The notes under the pieces: model-generated
Told to the model about the DNA's origin: nothing
Database searches by the model: none
What the model saw: the letters and a program-made list of their open reading frames with translations, nothing else
Shown here: positions 57,401 through 64,000 of the stretch, in pieces
How the letters are laid out: each line of letters begins with the position of its first letter
Numbering within the stretch: position 1 is the stretch's first letter
From: Mytilus trossulus
Taxonomy: Eukaryota
DNA: 64,000 nt
Reading direction: 5' to 3'
Assembly: GCF_036588685.1 (NCBI RefSeq)
Contig: NC_086378.1
Location: forward strand, 77,686,001-77,750,000
Program-made: the position numbers and the translations under genes

Positions 57401-60400
57401 GTGAAAAATTGAAGATATTACAAATAGTCAAAGCTGGTATACAGCCAAGATCCATATAAATAAAAAATGACAAAAAAGCATTATAAACAGTATCAACAGG
57501 TCGAATTAACAAGAAAATACGATTTGAGAGTACTCGCAGTTACTGACAGCTAGTTAAAAGCCAAAACCAATTAATAGTAAAAAATCATGCATCAGAGACT
57601 AAAATCGACTAAAACACATCACAGGGATTTAGTATTTTAAAATGTCGTTTTACTGACATGTTTAATAATACGGAAAAGCACTGGGAATGGCGAGAGTTAC
57701 CACAGAAGGATATTCGATGACTTACTAAAGATATGAAACGCAGAGTTGAAGCACGATGTGGTTTCACTCGATATTAATCTTTGAACCATTGATTTCGTTA
57801 GTTAACTTGAAACTTATGTTTTTCACGTGAAATGACAATGGTATTAGACATTACAAACTCAGAACGTCAAATGCTTTTCTTTTATATGTTTTAATTTGAT
57901 GTGTGTAACGCAAACTTTTGCCTTATATAGCAAACATTTGTTTTATCTAATTTATATATAAGCTTCAAGGATTTCAACTGTTATACATGGAGAAGGCTGT
58001 AAATATTAAAAGTCATAGCCCTTTGAACTTAATATAGTGAATTGAAGTTATACCGGAGAAAATAAAAATTGCTACCCTTCTCAAGTAGCTAATTGTAAAT
58101 ATACTTTTTTTTCTTGTTTAATCTAATTAATAATTTCCTGGTAAACAATCCATTCCTAATTTGTGTATAATTCCACTTCTAGTATTCATTTATTGAAATG
58201 CATATTTATTATGATGTGTTGGCCTTGTGTTCATGTCCCTTCTTTAAGCTAAGTCACAATATAAATTGAATGACAGACGGACATGCACATGCTGACATTA
58301 ACAAATACACTGCTTTCAAAATAGATTGTAAATGTGAAATGTAAGGCTAAAATAGGTTTGGTCATAGCGTATGTAAAACTTAATGATTAAATACAATCAA
58401 AATGATTGCGTTACTTGGCAAATGTTTTCGTTGTTTTGCAAATGTTTCTATTATAACGCAAACATAGGAAATATTGCAAAACACAATTGTGTATACTTTT
58501 TGAGTTTTTATTTCAATAACTTCTATTGCTACTTCTACCAATATTATCATTATTATCATCATCATAACGACTGCATAATATACAATGAAAGCTGTGTCAA
58601 GAGACCATCTAAATGAGAGCAAGAAAGTGGTATCTGAAGACAGTTATTCTTTTAATGCAGATTTAACCAATATGAAATGCACTATAGAGGGACATGCATT
58701 TACTGGTCTTATAACAGTTTTTCGCCTAATGCAGGTGTATTGCTTAAGCAGGTTTCACTGTATACTAAAGTATACTTACTGCAAGATATCGATACGTCTT
58801 CACTATGTGTGCATCCATAGTGACCCCATTCTGTCAGGTATCTTATGGCAGATCTACTCCTTGATTTATAAGCATACTTAGTACGACTCCACCAGCCGCC
58901 ACCATATGAATATACAACAGCTGAATAAATCGCATAATATTGATGATATGTTCCAATGCATGATGCAATATCTTCCTCGGTACCCTGACAGTGTGCCTTG
59001 TCTATCCAAATTTTACCAGATCCTGGCCCAAAATGAGCTTTTTTGTAAATCACAGGATGCCTGAAAAATATGTTGATTGTTTAGCCTTTATTGGATATTA
59101 ATTTACAAAAGCAACATTTATTGTATGCAAATGGGCAGAAATTCAGCTTACTTTAATTGTAAAAAATCAAGTAGAGTAAAGCAAAAAATACACAGAAGAG
59201 GATAGCACTGCAATGCTGAAATTTGAAGTTGACAACATATTTGTTGAACATGGAGGTTTGGTCTTCTAACAGACTATTGAAATCCCAATGTGTACCAATT
59301 GCGCTCCTCTACTTGCAGATTTGTTTTTGTATTTCTATGAAGCAGAATTTACAAAGGGCTTGTACAGAAAGAAGAAAAGAAATAAGCCTAGTCTTTTAAT
59401 TTCAACTTTCGGTATATTGATGATGTACTGTCTCTTAATAATAGTATTCAGTGATCACTAACATTTAATATATCCAAATGAACTTGAAATTAAAGATACT
59501 ACCAACACAGACAAATCTGCTTCAAATGTAGACCATTTTTTTCTCGAAATGGCTACTGATGGTAGGTAAAATACCAACATTTATGACAAACGCGATGATT
59601 TTAAGGTTCCTATAGCCAACTTTACATTTCTGTGTAGCAATATCCCAGCGCGGCACCAACATATGGAGTATATGTGTCTCAATTGATACGTTGCTCTAGA
59701 GCTAGCTCAAAGGACGTTAACTTTGTTGAACGAGGAATACTGCTTTTTCAAAAGTTGCTAAGACAGGGCTATGAATCAGTCAAATTAAGGTCATCACTCA
59801 AGAATTTTTACGGTCGCCATCATGAGCTGATTGACAATTATGACAAAAGTGTGTCAGAAATAATATATCATATTCTTCCTCAGTCATAATTACCTTTCAT
59901 CATTACCGACCAAACAAATGAAATAACACGAGGGGTGCCGAATACGGTTCAGGAAATGCTTACCCTTCCAGAGCACCTGATTTCACTCCCGGTCTTTAGT
60001 GGAGCTTGTGTTATTTCTTATTTATTATTTCTAACTCTTGATGTAAATGTATTTTTGGTGTATGAGTCTCTGTTTACTCCTTGGTTTTGATGGTTATTGT
60101 CTTACATACTGATATTGTAAAAAAGAATTTGTTATGCATCATTTTGGTGATTTCTTTTTATTTATTACTCTATTTATCAATACATTAATGATATCCTTCG
60201 TTATACTGGTTGAGTTTTTTTTAAAAATTGGAAATACATTTGGAATAAAGTATCTTGTCAATCTGAATGATTTGTATTAATATATAACACTACTTGTACA
60301 ATAATGGTTGCATATGGGTCTAAAATAAAAAAAAAGAAATAAAAAATCTACTTTAATTTTGGAAAATGACCTTTCATGAGCTATTTAAGAAAAAATGTGT

Positions 60401-63400
60401 GTTATGGGGCAAAATATTTGACCCTATATTGTTGGGGAAAAACTAATGGTCTAACATCTGACACAAATTTTCAAAACCTAACCGAAGTATATCCATAATG
60501 CTTTACAGTCGCCGCCTTGTTGAACTTTACGATATATTTACGTCTCAACTGGTTAGAGACACCTTTTAGGCGTCGTCCGATCTGTGCATTTTCTAATGGT
60601 GTCCGTATCCAAATCGTGGATGTTTTAAACTGGGTATTATTATCCATGGGGTTAAGGCATGCATAGTAGGAAAGGCTATCAATGTAGCCATTCAATCCTC
60701 GTTGTTTGTTTCAAGGACGTTACATTCAAAATGAAAATACCAGTTTCCAACATCGGCAAAATGGTTACGTAACGCATATAGTGATAGTAAAAAATCATGC
60801 CATACGTTAAGTTATCATAAAACAATTTTGCTTATGTAAAGGAACATAAAATGATAATTGCTAGCACTCAATAAAGAGAAAGTACAATTAATGAATGGTT
60901 AAATAATAGGAAGACGATAACCAGGAACAAAGATTTGATTACTATAAGTTTCTATATAAAAGAGCAAACCCTGTATTATAAAAAGAAATAATTGTGCAAC
61001 AATATCAAACCTTCGCTCATATCCCATGATCTTACAGATCACTTGAGCTTGAGCTTCATTGAAATGGTTATCGCATACTGTTCCCCATTGACCATTATGA
61101 AAAACTTCAACCCTGCCTTCAAGTTCAGTATTGCCATTCACTAGTCGAAAAGCATTGCCTAAAATATTGAAGTATATATATTTGCTTTGATTTCTTATCT
61201 GCAACATGTGCTCAGCGTTGTTCAATAACATTTCAAAAACAACGTAGATTGCTGTTACAAAGCAACAAATCTGAGAAATGAATAGAACTTAATTTTTAGG
61301 TATGCAGATAAATCGATAATTCAACCATTTATTGTATACGAAAGGTTACTAAATATAAAATGATTCACGAATGTTGCTGCATCAGATATATAACTGTATT
61401 TCGTTTCAACAATTATGGCATTATATATCATTATTAAAAATGTCACACTGAGCTTTGCTTCTTTGCCAGTAATAAGAATATATTCTGTGTTTAATTGCTA
61501 AAATTTTTAAATGATTGTATGTTCAAAACCATCCCTGTAAAAAGTTTCTTCCATTAAGAAAAAAGATAAAAATCTAGATATTTGTTTAAAAAAATGATAA
61601 ATTAAACTGTGTAACATGTAACTATCTAACAAACAATTCTCCGAAACTTATATACAAGATGTTTTCATTGACAAGATTTTCTTAACATTTCAAGTACAAA
61701 CAATCGTCATTCCTACCCGTGTAGCCTTGATAAATATGATCCTGTTATAAAATGTGTATAACTTTGTAAATATATTGCAAAACATCAGCATGCACGCTTA
61801 AAAAATATGTTTTACAACAAATTATGAGGATGCTAAAAAATTCCCATTCGCAATGCAAGTCGAATGTTTTGATTAAAACATGGACAATTAAGTTTTTTTA
61901 ACCCTTTAAATTAAAGTTAGCCTACTAATGTATGGTATAAAAGTTGCATTATACCTGCGTATAAATAATATTGAAGCTTTTTGTTTTACTTGTCTGTCAT
62001 TAAAGAACCTTAGTGAGCACGCTCACAAACCCCTCCACTCCACATTGATACTGGGCAAACAAAATATCACCAGATTAACAAGTTCAAAGATTCTTGACTG
62101 CTACAAAATTTCACTGAACAAAATTTTTGGTGGACATGCACACTTTTATTGTATGTACTAACTATCTACAATGTTTCTAGTAGTTATGATGTGTTGATTC
62201 AGAGAAGTGTCAATGATCAAAATGATGCAGAAGTAAATAAGTGTCTAAATTTTATGTTTCAATGGGAATAATTTCCCATCGATATACACATCTACATAGT
62301 ATATTCTTATTATCTACAAAGTTTTATGAAATTGTGATGCGTTGATTCTGAGGATTTACATTGTTATTTCTTACTGTCTATAGGGTTTCAAGAATTTAAG
62401 TCGGTGCGATGACAACCTGTTTAAATAGTTCACGAAGATCAACATTCTGTTTTCAAAATTAACTTGTAATGTCCTGTCAATATGCACCTCTATATGGTGT
62501 GTTTTTGTTTTCTACAAAGTTTCCATAAAACATAAGTTCTGCATTATATTTTGAATTATATTAATAAATACCACAATCAACACCAGCCTGTTCCGTGCGT
62601 CCACAATTTTCTTTACCCCAGCCTGAAAATGTACACGATCCAATATCGCTTTCTGCACCAGTACAGCGTACGTCATCAATCCATACTGGACCTGGCCGAC
62701 TTCCATAAACAGATTGAGAATATGCAGTTGGCTTGCTGTAAACAAACGTGTAAAGATGTTTTTGTTTATAACTTATTGAAATAATCACAATATATAGTTG
62801 TATTTTAATATTTTGTAAAGAACAAGACATAGACTAAATATATATTAATTATTTAACTACTTAGGTTCTTTGATATTTTGTCCTTTTACATGTAAAAGGA
62901 TTATTAAAGTGTAGATACTGTACTGATCAAATGCATCTTCTAACTAGGAAATATGTGGCGCTTTTAAAGCTTTTGAAATGCTAGTCTGATGTGCCAAATA
63001 TTAGACAAGACAAATATTTTGCCAACGTTTTAGTGAGGTTTTACCGAGACTCAAAACTTGAAATAAAGAGCGTTGTAATATTCAGTTCAACAAAGGCACC
63101 TTTTTTGAACAAAAGGCATTACAAAAAATACTCTCATCATATGTAATGAATTTCAATACTAAACCAAAAGAACTTGCAATCAAATAATGTGTCGCCGTAT
63201 GCCCGAGCTTGTATGCACCATCCGAATTTGCTCCTTTTGAAAGGTTTCGATGTATCGGCACGTTTTGCATTAGATTCTTAAGATCTCATTTGCAATTATT
63301 TCATTCAACATAACAATTTTCAAATTATTTCGGAAAACATATTTCCTTCTTAACACGGATAAGAATGGTTGCTATTTGTGACTTTAATCATATATTTGTC

Positions 63401-64000
63401 CTAAAAGATTTCTTATGTTTTGGTGTGAGTGCAATTTTCATTTTATTGGGCTTAATCGTGAGATTATTAATAGAATGAGCACTCTACATATTATCATAAT
63501 GTTAAATTCGTTCTGCAAAAAGCACACGAAGCCTTATCAAAATTTAAAATATGCTTTTTTTTTTATATGCAATGCGAGTGATGTCAGCCAATCAAAATTA
63601 CAGATTATTATGAATCGTATTTGTAAGATTTATAAAGTGGTATTTTTATTGCAGATCGTATTGATAACTGGAAATTCGAGGGTCGGAGATGGAATGAAAT
63701 AAGCAGTAGCAATACTTTCAGAATCTATAAAATATATTGAATATTAATTGTACAATAAAACTTTTAAGAAGCTAGTTATTTTTTAAGAACAAGTATGTTT
63801 TAGTAAAAACAATAGTTAAACGTATGAAAATTTATATGATTAATCCTAAAATCAGCAACTTATTTGTTGTACGAATAAATGGTAAACACATAAAGTCTAC
63901 TGTTATGCTCATACTAACAGAGTGTGATGACCAATCATTTTACATATCACTTTTGCGGCATTTACGTCAAACCCATCATCGCATATAGTACCCCACTGGT
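334..64000 (-). CDS. Internal portion of a very large multi-SRCR (DMBT1-like / scavenger receptor cysteine-rich superfamily) protein gene; 35 exons, at least 18 group-A SRCR domains; both ends outside window
   Basis: Alternating A exons (RLVxG...EGRVEV...WGTVCDDxF...AxVVCxxLG) and B exons (FGxGxG..CxGxExDI..C...WG..C.H..DVGVxC), all with AG/GT boundaries in compatible phases (1-2 and 2-1); spliced frame stays open. Confidence 0.93.
674..1025. repeat. Recent 175-bp tandem duplication
   Basis: gataaacatggtgcttcaattaccg at 677 and 852; copies nearly identical. Confidence 0.9.
952..1178 (+). mobile_element. Single-core copy of the 32991 element family
   Basis: aacatgaatgtgccaatagtacacggatgccccac ... 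tgcccctaagtggggcat. Confidence 0.65.
2461..2618 (-). CDS. SRCR D17 exon B (158 nt)
   Basis: [52 protein letters not shown]; ttgtag| and |gtagtt. Confidence 0.88.
5346..5479. repeat. Long imperfect hairpin (end of a repeat starting near 5165)
   Basis: attgaatgcttctttttgtaa...aaagcgttga / tcaacgcttt...ttacaaaaagaagcattcaat. Confidence 0.8.
5563..5707 (-). CDS. SRCR D17 exon A (145 nt; absent from ORF track)
   Basis: [47 protein letters not shown]; tttaag| and |gtatgt. Confidence 0.88.
7390..7577 (-). CDS. SRCR D16 exon B (188 nt) with short PTT linker
   Basis: [62 protein letters not shown]; acatag| and |gtaaga. Confidence 0.88.
8958..9105 (-). CDS. SRCR D16 exon A (148 nt; absent from ORF track), divergent
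   Basis: [48 protein letters not shown]; ttgcag| and |gtaagc. Confidence 0.88.
9804..10443. repeat. Older tandem duplication, two units of about 310-330 bp
   Basis: agtccacatggtggtattttg, ctaggtcagatgtttta and gtacctaattattt each occur twice in the same order. Confidence 0.85.
11132..11304 (-). CDS. SRCR D15 exon B (173 nt)
   Basis: [57 protein letters not shown]; tttcag| and |gtaagc. Confidence 0.9.
12084..12240 (-). CDS. SRCR D15 exon A (157 nt)
   Basis: [51 protein letters not shown]; tctaag| and |gtataa. Confidence 0.88.
12607..12776 (-). CDS. SRCR D14 exon B (170 nt)
   Basis: [56 protein letters not shown]; atatag| and |gtatgt. Confidence 0.88.
14465..15287 (+). mobile_element. Shorter, older copy of the same HINE-type family (about 1.3 repeat units)
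   Basis: gagcctgtgttgctcacct start, tagccatggcggccat motif, 3' hairpin agctcactttgctctttgtgcaaggtgagct. Confidence 0.7.
15629..16251 (-). mobile_element. Retrozyme monomer bounded by two degenerate hammerheads (15646-15691, 16215-16251), interrupted by another repeat (about 15785-16035)
   Basis: Two cgcgcgtt(t/c)cgtctacat...actcatca motifs; intervening segments align with the 45714-45997 copy. Confidence 0.7.
16877..17027 (-). CDS. SRCR D14 exon A (151 nt)
   Basis: [49 protein letters not shown]; ttgtag| and |gtaaga. Confidence 0.92.
17668..17828 (-). CDS. SRCR D13 exon B (161 nt)
   Basis: [53 protein letters not shown]; tttcag| and |gtaaga. Confidence 0.9.
18689..19509 (-). mobile_element. 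Internally deleted Tc1-like transposon
   Basis: TIRs tactgagccaaaaaggtttagcaaca / tgttgctaaacttttttggctcagta, TA flanks; minus-strand HTH remnant [25 protein letters not shown]...RRPKK. Confidence 0.8.
19912..22752. mobile_element. 2.8-kb non-autonomous Tc1/mariner-type element with repeat-rich TIRs
   Basis: TA|cagtaaataggtgaaattaggaattaca ... tgtaattcctaatttcacctatttactg|TA; subterminal arrays of gtaattac-type motifs at both ends. Confidence 0.75.
22844..22994 (-). CDS. SRCR D13 exon A (151 nt; absent from ORF track)
   Basis: [49 protein letters not shown]; ttccag| and |gtaagt. Confidence 0.9.
23594..25829 (+). mobile_element. pearl/HINE (Helentron-associated)-type non-autonomous element carrying four tandem units of about 500 bp
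   Basis: 5' aactagaggctctaaagagcctgtgtcgctcacct; tataaagggcaataa recurs near 23831, 24329, 24828 and 25328; 3' gacgacgacg...aggtgagctaaaa, inverted to 5' gctcacct. Confidence 0.75.
26070..28310 (-). mobile_element. Decayed, internally deleted CR1/L2-type LINE (APE endonuclease plus RT)
   Basis: LDLVITN...SDHDIV (APE C-terminus), [19 protein letters not shown] (RT), [27 protein letters not shown]; many stops and frameshifts. Confidence 0.85.
28370..28536 (-). CDS. SRCR D12 exon B (167 nt), divergent
   Basis: [55 protein letters not shown]; tttcag| and |gtatgt. Confidence 0.86.
30100..30253 (-). CDS. SRCR D12 exon A (154 nt), divergent
   Basis: [50 protein letters not shown]; ttcaag| and |gtgaga. 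Confidence 0.88.
31353..32891 (+). mobile_element. Decayed Tc1-like transposon with a nested repeat (about 31716-31977)
   Basis: TA|cacatggaaaaaag.attg.aacacc ... ggtgttgcaattctttttccatgtg|TA; KDLPRSRRP and [15 protein letters not shown] (WPxxSPDLNPIE) remnants. Confidence 0.82.
32991..33473 (+). mobile_element. pearl/HINE-type element with two 170-bp core repeats, GGAC/AGAC microsatellite and 3' hairpin
   Basis: cgcactatc at 33026 and 33196; microsatellite about 33365-33435; atgcccctctactatcgtaggttgggcat end. Confidence 0.75.
33479..33645 (-). CDS. SRCR D11 exon B (167 nt)
   Basis: [55 protein letters not shown]; ccatag| and |gtaatt. Confidence 0.9.
33697..34051. mobile_element. Probable short-TIR MITE (Kolobok-like)
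   Basis: ggatgtactt ... aagtacatcc|TTAA; left flank is not TTAA. Confidence 0.4.
34772..34919 (-). CDS. SRCR D11 exon A (148 nt)
   Basis: [48 protein letters not shown]; tattag| and |gtttgt. Confidence 0.92.
35497..35660 (-). CDS. SRCR D10 exon B (164 nt)
   Basis: [54 protein letters not shown]; atacag| and |gtaaga. Confidence 0.92.
36354..36501 (-). CDS. SRCR D10 exon A (148 nt)
   Basis: [48 protein letters not shown]; aaacag| and |gtatgt. Confidence 0.9.
36667..37420. mobile_element. Element with a 146-bp terminal hairpin and an internal inverted repeat
   Basis: Arms 36667-36812 around a ggcgaagcc apex; tccccggtcttagt (about 36821) inverted to actaagccgggga (about 37406). Confidence 0.6.
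37851..38014 (-). CDS. SRCR D9 exon B (164 nt)
   Basis: [54 protein letters not shown]; tgacag| and |gttcgt. Confidence 0.9.
39060..39210 (-). CDS. SRCR D9 exon A (151 nt; absent from ORF track)
   Basis: [49 protein letters not shown]; ttttag| and |gtaagt. Confidence 0.9.
39607..39770 (-). CDS. SRCR D8 exon B (164 nt; absent from ORF track)
   Basis: [54 protein letters not shown]; ttgcag| and |gtaagt. Confidence 0.9.
40754..40901 (-). CDS. SRCR D8 exon A (148 nt)
   Basis: [48 protein letters not shown]; taaaag| and |gtaggt. Confidence 0.9.
41271..41431 (-). CDS. SRCR D7 exon B (161 nt)
   Basis: [53 protein letters not shown]; tttcag| and |gtaggc. Confidence 0.9.
41752..42488 (-). mobile_element. 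Second, shorter copy of the same Penelope-like family
   Basis: Reverse complement aligns with about 59345-60103, including gagcacctgatttcactccc and the terminal ggttttgat.gttattgtctt. Confidence 0.75.
44770..44917 (-). CDS. SRCR D7 exon A (148 nt; absent from ORF track)
   Basis: [48 protein letters not shown]; tcttag| and |gtaagt. Confidence 0.9.
45400..45533. repeat. Long imperfect hairpin
   Basis: ataacaca..agagggtgatagggca..ttggtaccc / gggtaccaa..tgttctattaccctct..tgtgttat. Confidence 0.75.
45714..45997 (-). mobile_element. Non-LTR retrozyme copy (hammerhead-containing non-autonomous retroelement)
   Basis: Contains the hammerhead; flanking sequence (tatcaaaggtaccaggattataattt; aaagttgaagagcattga; aaaatccttagtttt) recurs at 15630-16250, 17885 and 54361. 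Confidence 0.75.
45744..45793 (-). ncRNA. Type I minimal hammerhead ribozyme with intact catalytic core
   Basis: Minus strand GCGUCA CUGAUGA GUCU-loop-AGAC GAA AC GCGC GU C UGGCGU: all core nucleotides, helices I and II pair, short helix III inside palindrome ACGCGCGU. Confidence 0.85.
46739..46899 (-). CDS. SRCR D6 exon B (161 nt) with extra CxxC (ORF track shows a different frame)
   Basis: [53 protein letters not shown]; ccatag| and |gtatgt. Confidence 0.88.
47166..48127. mobile_element. 962-bp MITE with TIRs of about 40 bp and a 4-bp AATA target duplication (Ginger-like TGT termini)
   Basis: AATA|tgttccggaccatatgagtattggaccatacgcgtatggtc ... gaccatacgcgtatggtccaaatactcatatggtccggaaca|AATA. 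Confidence 0.8.
48235..48555 (-). mobile_element. Decayed GIY-YIG endonuclease remnant of Penelope-like type
   Basis: [11 protein letters not shown]...[12 protein letters not shown] and [13 protein letters not shown] fragments match the Cys-rich linker, VY.I.C..C and E..WI motifs. Confidence 0.5.
49000..49147 (-). CDS. SRCR D6 exon A (148 nt; absent from ORF track)
   Basis: [48 protein letters not shown]; ttttag| and |gtaagt. Confidence 0.9.
50713..50870 (-). CDS. SRCR D5 exon B (158 nt)
   Basis: [52 protein letters not shown]; attaag| and |gtatgt. Confidence 0.88.
51227..51374 (-). CDS. SRCR D5 exon A (148 nt)
   Basis: [48 protein letters not shown]; ttttag| and |gtacgt. Confidence 0.92.
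52038..52201 (-). CDS. SRCR D4 exon B (164 nt)
   Basis: [54 protein letters not shown]; gtctag| and |gtgagt. Confidence 0.9.
53111..53258 (-). CDS. SRCR D4 exon A (148 nt; absent from ORF track)
   Basis: [48 protein letters not shown]; aactag| and |gtaagt. Confidence 0.9.
53450..53790 (+). mobile_element. Decayed copy of a related hammerhead-bearing repeat
   Basis: cgttcctgatgaagg...aaagcgcttc core remnant at about 53718-53758; upstream tgctcttca segment resembles the retrozyme body. Confidence 0.4.
54186..54349 (-). CDS. SRCR D3 exon B (164 nt)
   Basis: [54 protein letters not shown]; ttatag| and |gtacag. Confidence 0.9.
54361..54437 (+). mobile_element. Truncated retrozyme/hammerhead fragment next to the D3B acceptor
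   Basis: gatgagtc...gacgaaacgcgcgtctgacg...atcctgttaactttgataac; CUGAUGA core is altered to AAGAUGA. Confidence 0.7.
56359..56506 (-). CDS. SRCR D3 exon A (148 nt; absent from ORF track)
   Basis: [48 protein letters not shown]; ttaaag| and |gttagt. Confidence 0.9.
56775..57640 (+). repeat. Long young copy of an abundant dispersed repeat family (class unassigned)
   Basis: ccaatgagacaactctccatcc family; near-identical over about 260 bp to 31716-31977; older pieces near 5975, 15305, 30685, 38490, 40150 (inverted) and 42635. Confidence 0.7.
58583..58760. mobile_element. Short Tc1/mariner(pogo)-type MITE
   Basis: TA|caatgaaagctg ... caggtttcactg|TA. Confidence 0.6.
58780..59060 (-). CDS. SRCR D2 exon B, enlarged (281 nt) by a 39-codon insertion
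   Basis: [34 protein letters not shown]-[43 aa][16 protein letters not shown]; tttcag| and |gtaagt. Confidence 0.9.
59212..60103 (+). mobile_element. 5'-truncated Penelope-like retroelement (Naiad/Chlamys-type RT), decayed
   Basis: Fragments [88 protein letters not shown], with stops and frameshifts. Confidence 0.75.
61011..61158 (-). CDS. SRCR D2 exon A (148 nt)
   Basis: [48 protein letters not shown]; ttttag| and |gtttga. Confidence 0.92.
62572..62735 (-). CDS. SRCR D1 exon B (164 nt)
   Basis: [54 protein letters not shown]; ttacag| acceptor, |gtattt donor. Confidence 0.92.
63919..64000 (-). CDS. SRCR D1 exon A (5' part outside window)
   Basis: [26 protein letters not shown]; donor CT|gttagt, phase 2. 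Confidence 0.88.

Noticed and set aside
64-63702. Most 60-130 aa ORFs in the track (F/I/L/Y-rich)
   Set aside because: Composition expected from AT-rich intron DNA; no motifs; several are antisense shadows of SRCR exons (e.g. 16883-17215, 36315-36509, 62551-62784)
334-64000. Dscam-style mutually exclusive exon clusters
   Set aside because: A and B exons strictly alternate; I saw no runs of same-type exons and no repeated docking or selector sequences
334-64000. Assigning the gene symbol DMBT1
   Set aside because: Domains are 6-Cys split-exon group A with no SIDs, and no CUB or ZP domain is visible; orthology cannot be supported

Overview
AT-rich eukaryotic genomic DNA; the repeat content suggests a bivalve, probably Mytilus (inference). 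The whole window lies inside one minus-strand gene whose start and stop are outside the window. I traced 35 GT-AG exons (about 5.5 kb, about 1,850 aa, no stop at any junction). They encode at least 18 tandem group-A (6-Cys) scavenger-receptor cysteine-rich (SRCR) domains, numbered D1-D18 here in transcription order. Every domain is split into a phase 1-2 'A' exon (145-157 nt) and a phase 2-1 'B' exon (mostly 158-188 nt). D2 carries an in-frame 39-aa Tyr/Trp/Arg-rich loop insertion, and D6 has an extra CxxC. The introns are dense with mobile DNA: hammerhead-ribozyme retrozyme copies (one with an intact core in the pre-mRNA sense orientation), Penelope-like RT and GIY-YIG remnants, a decayed CR1/L2-type LINE, Tc1/mariner derivatives, pearl/HINE-type satellite-carrying elements, long-hairpin elements and a palindrome-rich MITE. 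All coordinates were read by eye and may be off by a few bases, especially for repeats.
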